DNA of 64,000 bases from Saprospiraceae bacterium (GTDB taxonomy: Bacteria > Bacteroidota > Bacteroidia > Chitinophagales > Saprospiraceae). Location: positions 108,607-172,606 of the forward strand of contig JAHDIN010000002.1 of the NCBI GenBank assembly GCA_020630775.1, given 5' to 3'. A program made the position numbers and the translations under genes. Under the pieces are notes generated by a model, which was not told where the DNA came from, made no database searches, and worked only from the letters and a program-made list of their open reading frames with translations. Within the stretch, counting starts at the first letter, position 1. Every line of letters starts with the position of its first letter. Positions 29,193 to 37,723 of this stretch are shown here, piece by piece.

Positions 29193-30277
29193 AGAAAGTT
29201 TTATTTATTGATCGAGATGGTACACTTATTTTAGAACCACCTATTACTTATCAAATAGATAGCCTTGAAAAACTAGAGTTTTATCCAAGAGTCTTTCAAT
29301 GGTTATCAAGAATTTACAAAGAACTTGATTTTGAATTTGTTATGGTCACAAATCAAGATGGTTTAGGAACCGAATCATTTCCAGAAAGTGATTTTTGGCC
29401 AGCTCATAAAAAAATGATTAAGGCGTTTGAAAGTGAGGGTGTTTACTTTCAAGAAGTCTTGATTGATCGAACATTCCCTGAGGATAATGCGCCTACAAGA
29501 AAACCTAGAGTTGGGCTATTGTCCAAATATATTTATGGAAATTATGATTTAGAAGATTCGTTTGTCATTGGCGACAGAGAAACGGATGTAGAATTAGCAG
29601 AAAACCTAAAATGTAAAAGTATTCTTTTAGGTGAGGCTTCTAATAAAGCACACTTGGTAACTAGGGATTGGGCAGATGTTTATAAGTTTTTGAGTGAGGT
29701 GCCAAGGACTGCGAAGGTTAGTCGAACTACTAAAGAAACTGATATCGACATTGAGTTATCATTAGATGGTTCAGGGCAATCTGATATATCTACAGGTATC
29801 GGTTTTTTTGATCATATGCTTGATCAGATTTCTGTACATGGACAGTTTGATTTAAAGATTAATGTAAAAGGTGATTTAGAGGTGGACGAACATCACACAA
29901 TTGAAGATGTGGCAATATCCTTGGGTCAAGTTTTTGATAAATGCCTTGGGTCAAAGAAGGCAATTGAAAGGTATGGTTTTACAATTCCGATGGATGATTG
30001 TTTGGCTCAAGTAAGTATAGATTTTGGAGGTCGACCTTGGTTGGTTTGGGATGCTAATTTTAAAAGAGAATATGTTGGCAAAATGCCTACAGAAATGTTT
30101 GCTCATTTTTTTAAGTCATTTTCTGATCATGCTAAATGTAACCTCAATATAAAAGCTGAAGGTGTCAATGAACACCATAAGATTGAATCCATTTTTAAAG
30201 CGTTTGCAAGAGCAGCTTCATCAGCTGTATCAAAGAATCAAAAATATTTAGTCCCAAGTTCTAAAGGAGTCTTATGA
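29189..30277 (+). CDS. hisB: Bifunctional histidinol-phosphatase / imidazoleglycerol-phosphate dehydratase
   Basis: N-terminal HAD motif FIDRDGTL and C-terminal IGPD motifs ([19 protein letters not shown]). Confidence 0.9.
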   Translation: MKKVLFIDRDGTLILEPPITYQIDSLEKLEFYPRVFQWLSRIYKELDFEFVMVTNQDGLGTESFPESDFWPAHKKMIKAFESEGVYFQEVLIDRTFPEDNAPTRKPRVGLLSKYIYGNYDLEDSFVIGDRETDVELAENLKCKSILLGEASNKAHLVTRDWADVYKFLSEVPRTAKVSRTTKETDIDIELSLDGSGQSDISTGIGFFDHMLDQISVHGQFDLKINVKGDLEVDEHHTIEDVAISLGQVFDKCLGSKKAIERYGFTIPMDDCLAQVSIDFGGRPWLVWDANFKREYVGKMPTEMFAHFFKSFSDHAKCNLNIKAEGVNEHHKIESIFKAFARAASSAVSKNQKYLVPSSKGVL

Positions 30278-30852
30278 TCGCTATTGTAAAATATAATGCA
30301 GGTAATATTCGCTCTGTACAAAATGCTTTATCCAGAATTGGTGTCAATAGTATCGTTACAAGTGATCCTGTTCAGATCATGAATGCAGAGAAAGTAATTT
30401 TTCCTGGTGTAGGTGAAGCCGGCTCGGCAATGGCTTACTTGAAGGAACTAGGATTAGATGAGGTAATAAAATCTTTGAAGCAACCTGTTTTGGGAATATG
30501 CCTAGGCATGCAGTTGCTATGCCGTTATTCTGAAGAAGGAGAGACGCCGTGCTTAAATATTTTTGATGCAAAGGTAAGGCGCTTTACACCTAATGATATT
30601 GTGCCTCATATTGGTTGGAATAATATTGAGGAATTATCAACAATAATATTTAATGATGTAAATGAAGGTGCGGACGTATATTACGTGCATGAGTTTTATG
30701 TTGAGCTATGTCAGCATACAATAGGATCTACCAATTATATAAAACCATTTAGCGCAGCGCTTAATTTAAATAATTTTTATGCGACTCAATTTCATCCTGA
30801 AAAGTCTTCGAAAGTGGGCCAGCGTATTTTAAATAATTTTATAGAACTATGA
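30274..30852 (+). CDS. hisH: Imidazole glycerol phosphate synthase, glutaminase subunit
   Basis: Class I amidotransferase with GICLGMQLL (catalytic Cys) and FHPEKS. Confidence 0.9.
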   Translation: MIAIVKYNAGNIRSVQNALSRIGVNSIVTSDPVQIMNAEKVIFPGVGEAGSAMAYLKELGLDEVIKSLKQPVLGICLGMQLLCRYSEEGETPCLNIFDAKVRRFTPNDIVPHIGWNNIEELSTIIFNDVNEGADVYYVHEFYVELCQHTIGSTNYIKPFSAALNLNNFYATQFHPEKSSKVGQRILNNFIEL

Positions 30853-31562
30853 GAATTATTCCTGCCATAGATTTAATAAATGGCCAAGCTGTACGACTCA
30901 GACAAGGTGTTTTTGAGTCCAAGAAAACCTATGCTGAAGATCCAGTGGAGCTAGCAAAAAAGTTTGAGAATTATGGGATAGAGTATTTGCATGTAGTTGA
31001 TTTAGATGGAGCAAAATCCAACGGATTGATTAATTTTTCAATCGTAGAATCAATTTGTACTATCACCAAATTAAAAGTGGATATAGGTGGAGGTGTCAGA
31101 ACCAAGGAGGATGTTCAAAGAGCCTTAGACTGTGGTGTTTGTCAAGTTAATGTGGGCAGTTTTGCATATCAGAATCCAGAGATTTTTGTGGACTGGATCA
31201 ATTGCTTTGGCTCTGACAAATTAATTCTATCTGCAGACTGCGACAATCGTAGTATCGCAATTGATGCTTGGGGTACGAACACTTCATTAAATGTTATTGA
31301 TTTTATCCGTCAGTTTGTTGGAAAGTCATTGAAGTATGCAACCGTAACTGATATCTCTAAAGATGGCATGTTGTCAGGGCCGGCATTCGATTTATATAAA
31401 GATGTTTTAGGTAATATTGAAATTAATCTAATTGCAAGTGGGGGTGTGACTTCAATTAAAGATCTATTAAGACTCGAATCTATTGGGTGTGAAGGTGCTA
31501 TCATTGGTAAAGCTATATACGAAGGTAATATTCAATTAAAAGAATTAAGTGGCTTATGCTAA
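30849..31562 (+). CDS. hisA: ProFAR isomerase
   Basis: IIPAIDLINGQAVRL N-terminus, (beta/alpha)8 HisA/HisF family, position between hisH and hisF. Confidence 0.9.
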   Translation: MRIIPAIDLINGQAVRLRQGVFESKKTYAEDPVELAKKFENYGIEYLHVVDLDGAKSNGLINFSIVESICTITKLKVDIGGGVRTKEDVQRALDCGVCQVNVGSFAYQNPEIFVDWINCFGSDKLILSADCDNRSIAIDAWGTNTSLNVIDFIRQFVGKSLKYATVTDISKDGMLSGPAFDLYKDVLGNIEINLIASGGVTSIKDLLRLESIGCEGAIIGKAIYEGNIQLKELSGLC

Positions 31563-32308
31563 AGAAGCGCATCATACCTTGTTTAGATATTAAAAATGGA
31601 CGTACTGTAAAAGGTGTCAATTTTAAAAACCTTATTGATGCAGGTGATCCTGTTTTACTTGCAAGTAAATATGCAGAGCAGGGTGCAGATGAAATAGTGC
31701 TGCTAGATATTTCTGCAACAAATGAGAATCGAAGTACTTTAATTTCCATTGTAGAAAAAGTAGGAGCCGCTTTAGATATTCCATTTGCTGTGGGAGGAGG
31801 TGTCAGCTCTTTGGGGACGGCGTATGATCTTTTAAATGCTGGTGCTGATAAAGTTTGCGTTAACTCAGCAGCCATAAAGAATCCTGACTTTATAACAGCC
31901 TTGGCAAATAATTTTGGGAGTCAGAGCATTGTAGCAGCCGTAGATACAAAAGGAAATTTAGATGCGGCAAAAGTTTATAGTCATGGCGGACGCAAAGCAA
32001 CTGATCTTAATACTTTAGGATGGGTCCAAAGACTCGACGCTTTAGGAGCTGGTGAAATATTACTTACCTCTATGGATCATGATGGTGTAAAAGATGGGTT
32101 TGACATTAGCATGTATCGTCAGGTGTCAGAATTAATTAATATTCCAATTATTGCCTCTGGAGGAGCTGGTAAGAAAACACATTTTAAAAGTCTTTTTGAA
32201 ACAACTAATGTTACCGGGGCATTGGCTGCGAGTATTTTTCATTTTAATGAAATCCCTATTCCAGGACTGAAGAAATATTTGAGTGAATTTAAAATTCCTA
32301 TAAGATGA
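31556..32308 (+). CDS. hisF: Imidazole glycerol phosphate synthase, cyclase subunit
   Basis: RIIPCLDIKNGRTVKGVNF N-terminus and GADKV, SGGAG motifs. Confidence 0.9.
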   Translation: MLKKRIIPCLDIKNGRTVKGVNFKNLIDAGDPVLLASKYAEQGADEIVLLDISATNENRSTLISIVEKVGAALDIPFAVGGGVSSLGTAYDLLNAGADKVCVNSAAIKNPDFITALANNFGSQSIVAAVDTKGNLDAAKVYSHGGRKATDLNTLGWVQRLDALGAGEILLTSMDHDGVKDGFDISMYRQVSELINIPIIASGGAGKKTHFKSLFETTNVTGALAASIFHFNEIPIPGLKKYLSEFKIPIR

Positions 32309-32892
32309 GACCTAATTTTGAAAAGGGCAATGGATTACTACCCGTTATTATCCAAGACTATTGTACTCAGGAAGTGCTCATGATGGCTTACATGAACAAT
32401 GAGGCATTTGAAAAAACTAAGCAAGAGCGTGTAGTAACTTTCTTTAGTCGATCTAAAGGTAGATTATGGACTAAGGGAGAGACATCAGGAAATTATTTAA
32501 GCGTTATCTCAATGAAATTGGATTGTGATAATGATAGTTTACTTATCAAGGTTGATCCTGAAGGTCCAGTTTGTCATGCTGGTACTCAAAGTTGTTTTAA
32601 TGACTCTACTTCAAAAGGATTTCTATATCGATTAGAACAAATCATTAGGATTAGATTAGAAAAAGAAGATCAGAGTTCTTACACGAATCAACTCTTTAAA
32701 AAAGGGATAAATAAAGTAGCTCAGAAAGTAGGAGAAGAAGCAGTTGAACTAATCATTGAAGCAAAGGATAATAATTTAGATCTGTTTAAAGGAGAGGCAG
32801 CTGATTTACTATATCACTTATTAGTGCTTTTTAGAATGAAAGATTTACAGCTTGAGGATATTGAAACTGTTTTGCTGAGTCGACATAAATAA
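32305..32892 (+). CDS. hisI: Bifunctional phosphoribosyl-AMP cyclohydrolase / phosphoribosyl-ATP pyrophosphatase
   Basis: 195 aa. N-terminal HisI (LPVIIQD, CDNDSLLIKVDPEGPVCH) fused to a HisE-like helical C-terminus (EEAVELIIEA...ADLLYHLLVL). Confidence 0.9.
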   Translation: MRPNFEKGNGLLPVIIQDYCTQEVLMMAYMNNEAFEKTKQERVVTFFSRSKGRLWTKGETSGNYLSVISMKLDCDNDSLLIKVDPEGPVCHAGTQSCFNDSTSKGFLYRLEQIIRIRLEKEDQSSYTNQLFKKGINKVAQKVGEEAVELIIEAKDNNLDLFKGEAADLLYHLLVLFRMKDLQLEDIETVLLSRHK

Positions 32893-32924
32893 AAAAGGAT
32901 GGCAATTATTTGCCATCCTTTTTT
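32891..32924. terminator. Bidirectional intrinsic terminator after hisIE
   Basis: AGGATGGCAA (32896-32905) pairs perfectly with TTGCCATCCT (32910-32919) around a TTAT loop. It is flanked by an A-run and a T-run, so the stem can extend to 15 bp. It lies between convergent hisIE and the OmpA-family gene. Confidence 0.75.
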
Positions 32925-32952
32925 AACCGTATTTGATTCTAGCTGATCGATT

Positions 32953-34854
32953 CTAGCTGGTTTCTAATCGTTGAAGTTCTGTTCTGATCTGGGCTAGTGT
33001 TCCAGGTTTAAATTCAGGTTTCAATGTATTGTTATGACCAATCTTATGATCCACTATGGATATGTGCGGTTTGTTGTCAACGAGCTTAACACCTAGTATT
33101 TTAACTTCTTGTCCTACAGGTACTTTCTTAAATACAAATGCGCCATCCATTCTTGTAGGGGCAATCATGCTCTTAATATTATTGAAGATCATGAAGTATT
33201 TAGTTGACTGATCACTTTCTGTGAGTATTAAATCTGAAGAAAAACCAAAATCTGGAAATCTGTCACAGTTGATCCAGCCTAGTTGATTAACTCTCGTGAT
33301 ATAACGATCTAAATTTCTATTATCAATTTTACCTGAAGACTCATATTCTGTAAATGCTGCATTTGCAATGGCGTCTTGCATTAAATGTTTGAGTTCCTCA
33401 TTGGATACATCAAAAACTTTTAATGTGATTTCGTTTTCACAGCTTCTGAATTTACCTTTCGTTCTTAGAATATCATATGATTGATTTCCAAATGCTGCCA
33501 GATTTAATTTTCTATCATCAATGCTGTACTTAAAAGGTTTTCTTAAAGCAGATTCTAAAGCTTTTAAAAATCCTTTCTCACCAACTTTGTCATAGTACTT
33601 TCTAAGTTTTAAGAGTTCACCTTTAGCTTGTGCATCGGCCATGAAAATCCTAAGATCTTCCTTGTGTTTATAAATCTTTTGGAACCTATTGTCCACTTCT
33701 TTATTCCATTTCGCTAAGTCGGCATCCTGTAGAGGCTTAAGCTTATGATACTTCTCTAATGCTATTTCATAATTAGCATATTTCTCTTCATACTTTTTGT
33801 AATCGCTGGGAAAGCCTCTTTTAGGTTCTGCAGGCGGATAAGGCATTTCATCAACGCGTGGTCTTTTTCTTAGATCTGTAAAAGTGATCTCCGGTTTTTC
33901 GCCGACCTCAATTTCATATTCTAGAATTTTATTTAAATCTGTTTCTGTAATTTCTAATCCCAAGTTGGGTTTTATAGTGCCAAATGGTTGGCCTGTAGGC
34001 GTCCAGTCCATAGTTCCATCTGCTTTGTCGTTAGCGTAAAATAGTTCCATGCCATCTTTAGATTCTTGAAGTGGATATACCACTTCAATATCTTCACCTG
34101 GTTTCAGCTGTAAGGCTTTACCTCCCGCTGATGCATTGATGTACATCATACCGCCGGTCTCTAGGATTTCACCTTTACTGTGCGTAAACAAGCCTGCAGC
34201 TAAAAAGTCTTCGTAAGTAATAGCCTCTTTTAACTCAATAATGATCTCTTCTCCAGAAGGAACAGGTGTGCCATCTGCATATTGAAAAACACCGAATGGA
34301 ATATTGAGTACAGTACCCTGGGCTCCCGTTACGGAGCGCGCTCCGTCATAATCTATTTTGAATGATTGTAGTTCAACATTATGTGTTGCAGCAATTATAT
34401 CATCTGTAGTATTGAAGTTGTAGGTAGTAGCTGCTATTTCAACTCTCCTGTTTTTTTGTTTTGAAATGACTGAATTGTCTGAAGCAATCAAATCAGATTC
34501 TCCTTTCCAGTCTATTTTTATTTGGTCTTTACGTATACCAACATCTTGCAAATAATGACTTACTGCTTCTGCTCTTTTTTGAGCTAATGCTTGATTGTAT
34601 GCATTACTACCATCTTGATCTGTATGTCCGATGATTTGTATTTCTACGTCTGATTGATTGAGCCAAAGCTTAGATAATTTATCTAACGTAGCTAAATCGC
34701 TAGCATCCAATACATGGACATCCGAATCGAAGTTGATAATATTTGTCTGGGTATTTTGGGCATGAATCTGAAAGAAAAAGAGGAAAAGTATTCCTATAGA
34801 AAAGGCATTTTTCTTCATGATGTCTTGATTTTGATTATAAAAGAGGATTGACAC
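32953..34854 (-). CDS. OmpA-family protein with N-proximal OmpA_C-like domain and long uncharacterised C-terminal region
   Basis: IIGHTDQDGSNAYNQALAQKRAEAVSHYL...NRRVEI is the OmpA/MotB peptidoglycan-binding motif at aa ~70-165. The likely true start is ATG 34818 (MKKNAFSIGILFLFFFQIHAQ signal peptide). Confidence 0.75.
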   Translation of the reverse strand: MSILFYNQNQDIMKKNAFSIGILFLFFFQIHAQNTQTNIINFDSDVHVLDASDLATLDKLSKLWLNQSDVEIQIIGHTDQDGSNAYNQALAQKRAEAVSHYLQDVGIRKDQIKIDWKGESDLIASDNSVISKQKNRRVEIAATTYNFNTTDDIIAATHNVELQSFKIDYDGARSVTGAQGTVLNIPFGVFQYADGTPVPSGEEIIIELKEAITYEDFLAAGLFTHSKGEILETGGMMYINASAGGKALQLKPGEDIEVVYPLQESKDGMELFYANDKADGTMDWTPTGQPFGTIKPNLGLEITETDLNKILEYEIEVGEKPEITFTDLRKRPRVDEMPYPPAEPKRGFPSDYKKYEEKYANYEIALEKYHKLKPLQDADLAKWNKEVDNRFQKIYKHKEDLRIFMADAQAKGELLKLRKYYDKVGEKGFLKALESALRKPFKYSIDDRKLNLAAFGNQSYDILRTKGKFRSCENEITLKVFDVSNEELKHLMQDAIANAAFTEYESSGKIDNRNLDRYITRVNQLGWINCDRFPDFGFSSDLILTESDQSTKYFMIFNNIKSMIAPTRMDGAFVFKKVPVGQEVKILGVKLVDNKPHISIVDHKIGHNNTLKPEFKPGTLAQIRTELQRLETS

Positions 34855-34962
34855 TCTATGCCTACAGTATTATTAACTCAATAAATTAAATAATATTTTG
34901 TTAATGGTCTGTATTATTACAATACTGAGATGTAATATTGCTGGCACTTTGGTGTATTCATT

Positions 34963-35640
34963 ATGAAAGTTCAAAAGATAAATCAATACAAGGATCAGTT
35001 TAAAACATATTTACAATCTGCTGCAGACTATCCTCATGTTTACAAATATGAAGTGCTTTCCAACTTTAGGAAGAACTGGGATTTAGCAGCATTAGACCTT
35101 TCTACAATGTTTGATAACAGTCTACGGAGCCAACTGAGCGCACGTTTATGGGGTGGCCGAAAAGATTCTGCTAAAGAAATGATGTTGCAATTTATTGAGA
35201 CCAACAAGGAATTTGTTCGATCGATTTTTAGGGACTTATTTAATGAAGCTAAAGAGGTAAGCAATAGGGTAGATAGATTTATATTTCATTGCGACCAATT
35301 ATTGGAAGAGTTGCAGATAAAAGGTATCAGACAAGACAAGCATTATCATGAAACACCAAAGATGGCATTTCTTTATTTATGTATGAATAATCCTCAATCC
35401 TATCCGCTCTATGATTTTGATCAATTTAAGAAAGCTTTGATGTTATTTGAAGTGAGGCAGTTGCCAGAACCTTTTCAAATCAATAAATACCATATACTCT
35501 CTAAGTCAATTTATACCATTATTAAAAAGGACGAAGAATTGGTTAATCAACATTTAGAGCTGATACCTGAGCATTATGGGGTCGAAACCAACTATTTATT
35601 ATTGGATGACTTCATGATGTTTTGCAATGATATTAAATAA
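34963..35640 (+). CDS. Hypothetical protein (225 aa, helical, no recognised motif)
   Basis: Clean ORF with an ATG start followed by a hairpin at 35641-35670. I recognised no catalytic or DNA-binding motif. Confidence 0.5.
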   Translation: MKVQKINQYKDQFKTYLQSAADYPHVYKYEVLSNFRKNWDLAALDLSTMFDNSLRSQLSARLWGGRKDSAKEMMLQFIETNKEFVRSIFRDLFNEAKEVSNRVDRFIFHCDQLLEELQIKGIRQDKHYHETPKMAFLYLCMNNPQSYPLYDFDQFKKALMLFEVRQLPEPFQINKYHILSKSIYTIIKKDEELVNQHLELIPEHYGVETNYLLLDDFMMFCNDIK

Positions 35641-35805
35641 AAGACATATATGTAACATGTTGTATGTCTTGATATTGGATTAATAATTAATATATTATTT
35701 GCCTAAATAGAACATTAAAAGGATAATTTATAACAAATAAATTATTCGCGTAATATGTAATTCTATTGGAAAACATATATCTTACATATTAATTATTGTT
35801 TTAAT

Positions 35806-36090
35806 ATGTTCTCATTTGAAAATTACTTGCCCCTAACAAGCTTTAATGAGTCAAGCACTTTTTTCAAAGCTTTGGAAGTTTTTAGATATGGCTTTTTGAT
35901 GGAAAGCGTTGAGGAGAACGGACAGTTCAGACAGTTGTATTCTTATCATAATTACTACGTTGAGATTTTATACGAAGAAAATTATGAGGAAATCCATGAC
36001 ATTCATGCTATATCTATCAATCAAGCTATCGATAAATACATCGATAACAATCGGTTCAATGATGCTTTTTTGGATTTGATAGGTGTATAA
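35806..36090 (+). CDS. Hypothetical small protein (94 aa)
   Basis: ORF with an ATG start in an AT-rich spacer. Its stop lies 1 nt from the stop of the convergent WYL regulator gene. Confidence 0.4.
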   Translation: MFSFENYLPLTSFNESSTFFKALEVFRYGFLMESVEENGQFRQLYSYHNYYVEILYEENYEEIHDIHAISINQAIDKYIDNNRFNDAFLDLIGV

Positions 36091-36091
36091 T

Positions 36092-37102
36092 TTAACTATA
36101 CAAGCTATTCAGCAATTGACTTCTCTTCCTAATCGTGTTAACGAGTGCTGTTGGTTTTTTAATCTGTATTTGCTCCCCAAAGGATAATAGCAAAGATTCC
36201 AATTCAAAATTTGGAATCACTTCAATTTGAAAGGTACATTCATTTTTATCAGAACTTAATTCTATCTGACTGTGGTGTATAGGTTTGGTTCTTATGTATT
36301 GTGCGGTATTCCCAAAAACTTTGAATTCAATTTTTTTAGTTTTCTTCCCTGGAATGAGCGTGATACCTATAATGTCTTTAAAATAACTGTCAGGATCAAA
36401 GGACTCATTGTTCTGATATTCAGATATAGATTTTTTGAGTTCATTAATTCTCTCTAGGCCATAAGTACGCAATTGTTGTTTTTCATGATTAAAAGCGTAG
36501 ACATACCATCTATTGTCAAATTCCTTTAAGACAAAAGGACTGATGATAAAGCTCGAAGCTTTCTTGCCAAACGGTTGATATTCCATCATAAGCGCTTTCT
36601 TTTTTCTAATTGCATCGTATAAGATATCTAGCCATTTTTGTCCAGGTATCAAAGCTGGTTGTGCTAAATGTACGATTCGCTCTTCATCTCTAGCAGATTC
36701 ATAAGCTAGAAGTTCTAACTTTTGAATGATGTTTTCAATGCCTTCGAGGTGTCTGAAGCCAGTAAATTGTCTCAAAAGCCCAATCGCACTTTTTAGTTCG
36801 GCACTGTCAGATCGATTAAGGGGTGCTTCTGTTATAGAATAATCTCTCCTTGAATAATAATATGTTTTTTCTTTTCTATCATATTCAATTGGGGCGAAGT
36901 AGCCTAACGCTTGATCGTTGCGCATGCTTTGTAAGTCTCCCTTGATTGTTCTCTCAGATAAGCTTGTTTTTTGTCCGGTAACTTTATATAATTCTTTAGC
37001 ACAAGCTTCTGCTAAACTTTTCCAGTTCCATGTTTTATCTAATTGACGTAAACACTTGTCAATAACTCGATACCTGATGATAGCATGTTTGTTAGTAGCC
37101 AT
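36092..37102 (-). CDS. WYL domain-containing transcriptional regulator (wHTH-WYL-C-terminal extension)
   Basis: N-terminal HTH-like region (MATNKHAIIRYRVIDKCL...ERTIKGDLQSMR) and a central WYL-type motif (FVLKEFDNRWYVYAFNHEKQQLRTYGLERINEL). The ~330-aa length is typical of BrxR/CapW/PafBC-like regulators. Confidence 0.75.
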   Translation of the reverse strand: MATNKHAIIRYRVIDKCLRQLDKTWNWKSLAEACAKELYKVTGQKTSLSERTIKGDLQSMRNDQALGYFAPIEYDRKEKTYYYSRRDYSITEAPLNRSDSAELKSAIGLLRQFTGFRHLEGIENIIQKLELLAYESARDEERIVHLAQPALIPGQKWLDILYDAIRKKKALMMEYQPFGKKASSFIISPFVLKEFDNRWYVYAFNHEKQQLRTYGLERINELKKSISEYQNNESFDPDSYFKDIIGITLIPGKKTKKIEFKVFGNTAQYIRTKPIHHSQIELSSDKNECTFQIEVIPNFELESLLLSFGEQIQIKKPTALVNTIRKRSQLLNSLYS

Positions 37103-37272
37103 TATATATTCTTTTTGTTAGATTTTGATTTAATTGATCTCAAACTCCCGATTTTAAAGAGTTTCAGCCGAAATACAACCAAATACTTTCTGTTTTTATT
37201 TATCCATTATTTATCATGCAAATATAATGCACGGTAATATAGATACTTGTATTGTAAATAAAAAAATAGGTC

Positions 37273-37584
37273 ATGAAAAATAATTGGTCAGTACAAATTA
37301 ACAATGAAGGCAATCTTGTGATTGCAGGAAGAGAAAACAAAAATCAAATCCAAAATTTATTTGGAGCGAGCACTTTTGAATCTGGTTTATGTGTTTACGC
37401 ACATGATTTGAGACCAGTAAGACAATTATTGGATAGGTTATTTCCAAATGCGACAATCAAAACATTGGAGGCCATGGAAAACATTATTAAGGAAGAATTC
37501 TGTGACAACAGATCTGTAAGCATCTTCAAAAGGTATCTAGAGACGGAGCAAATACCTTATAGAGCTTACAATTCTGTTGCCTAA
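37273..37584 (+). CDS. Hypothetical small protein (103 aa), divergent from WYL regulator
   Basis: ORF with an ATG start 170 nt from the regulator start, followed by a strong terminator at 37629-37676. Confidence 0.45.
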   Translation: MKNNWSVQINNEGNLVIAGRENKNQIQNLFGASTFESGLCVYAHDLRPVRQLLDRLFPNATIKTLEAMENIIKEEFCDNRSVSIFKRYLETEQIPYRAYNSVA

Positions 37585-37628
37585 TCTTTTTTTCGGTTTT
37601 TCATTAATCTATTGCTTTTGTTTTCTAA

Positions 37629-37676
37629 TACAGGCCAGGTCATTCCTTTCACAATAAAGACCGGCCTGTATTTTTC
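37629..37676 (+). terminator. Intrinsic terminator
   Basis: TACAGGCC(A)GGTC (37629-37641) pairs with GACCGGCCTGTA (37659-37670) with one bulged A, followed by TTTTT. Confidence 0.6.
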
Positions 37677-37723
37677 AAAAGCATGTAATCTAGGGGCAAG
37701 AACACATTACAAATAATTTTAAT

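Noticed and set aside
31513-31875. 120-aa minus-strand ORF spanning the hisA/hisF junction
   Set aside because: It is antisense to two clearly identified his genes. Its Ala/Ser/Pro-rich composition is expected from the reverse frame, and it has no independent support.
34942-34957. Perfect TGGCAC (-24-like) box 16 nt upstream of the 225-aa gene
   Set aside because: The sequence at the -12 position is TGTA, with no GC dinucleotide at the required spacing, so it does not make a credible sigma-54 promoter.
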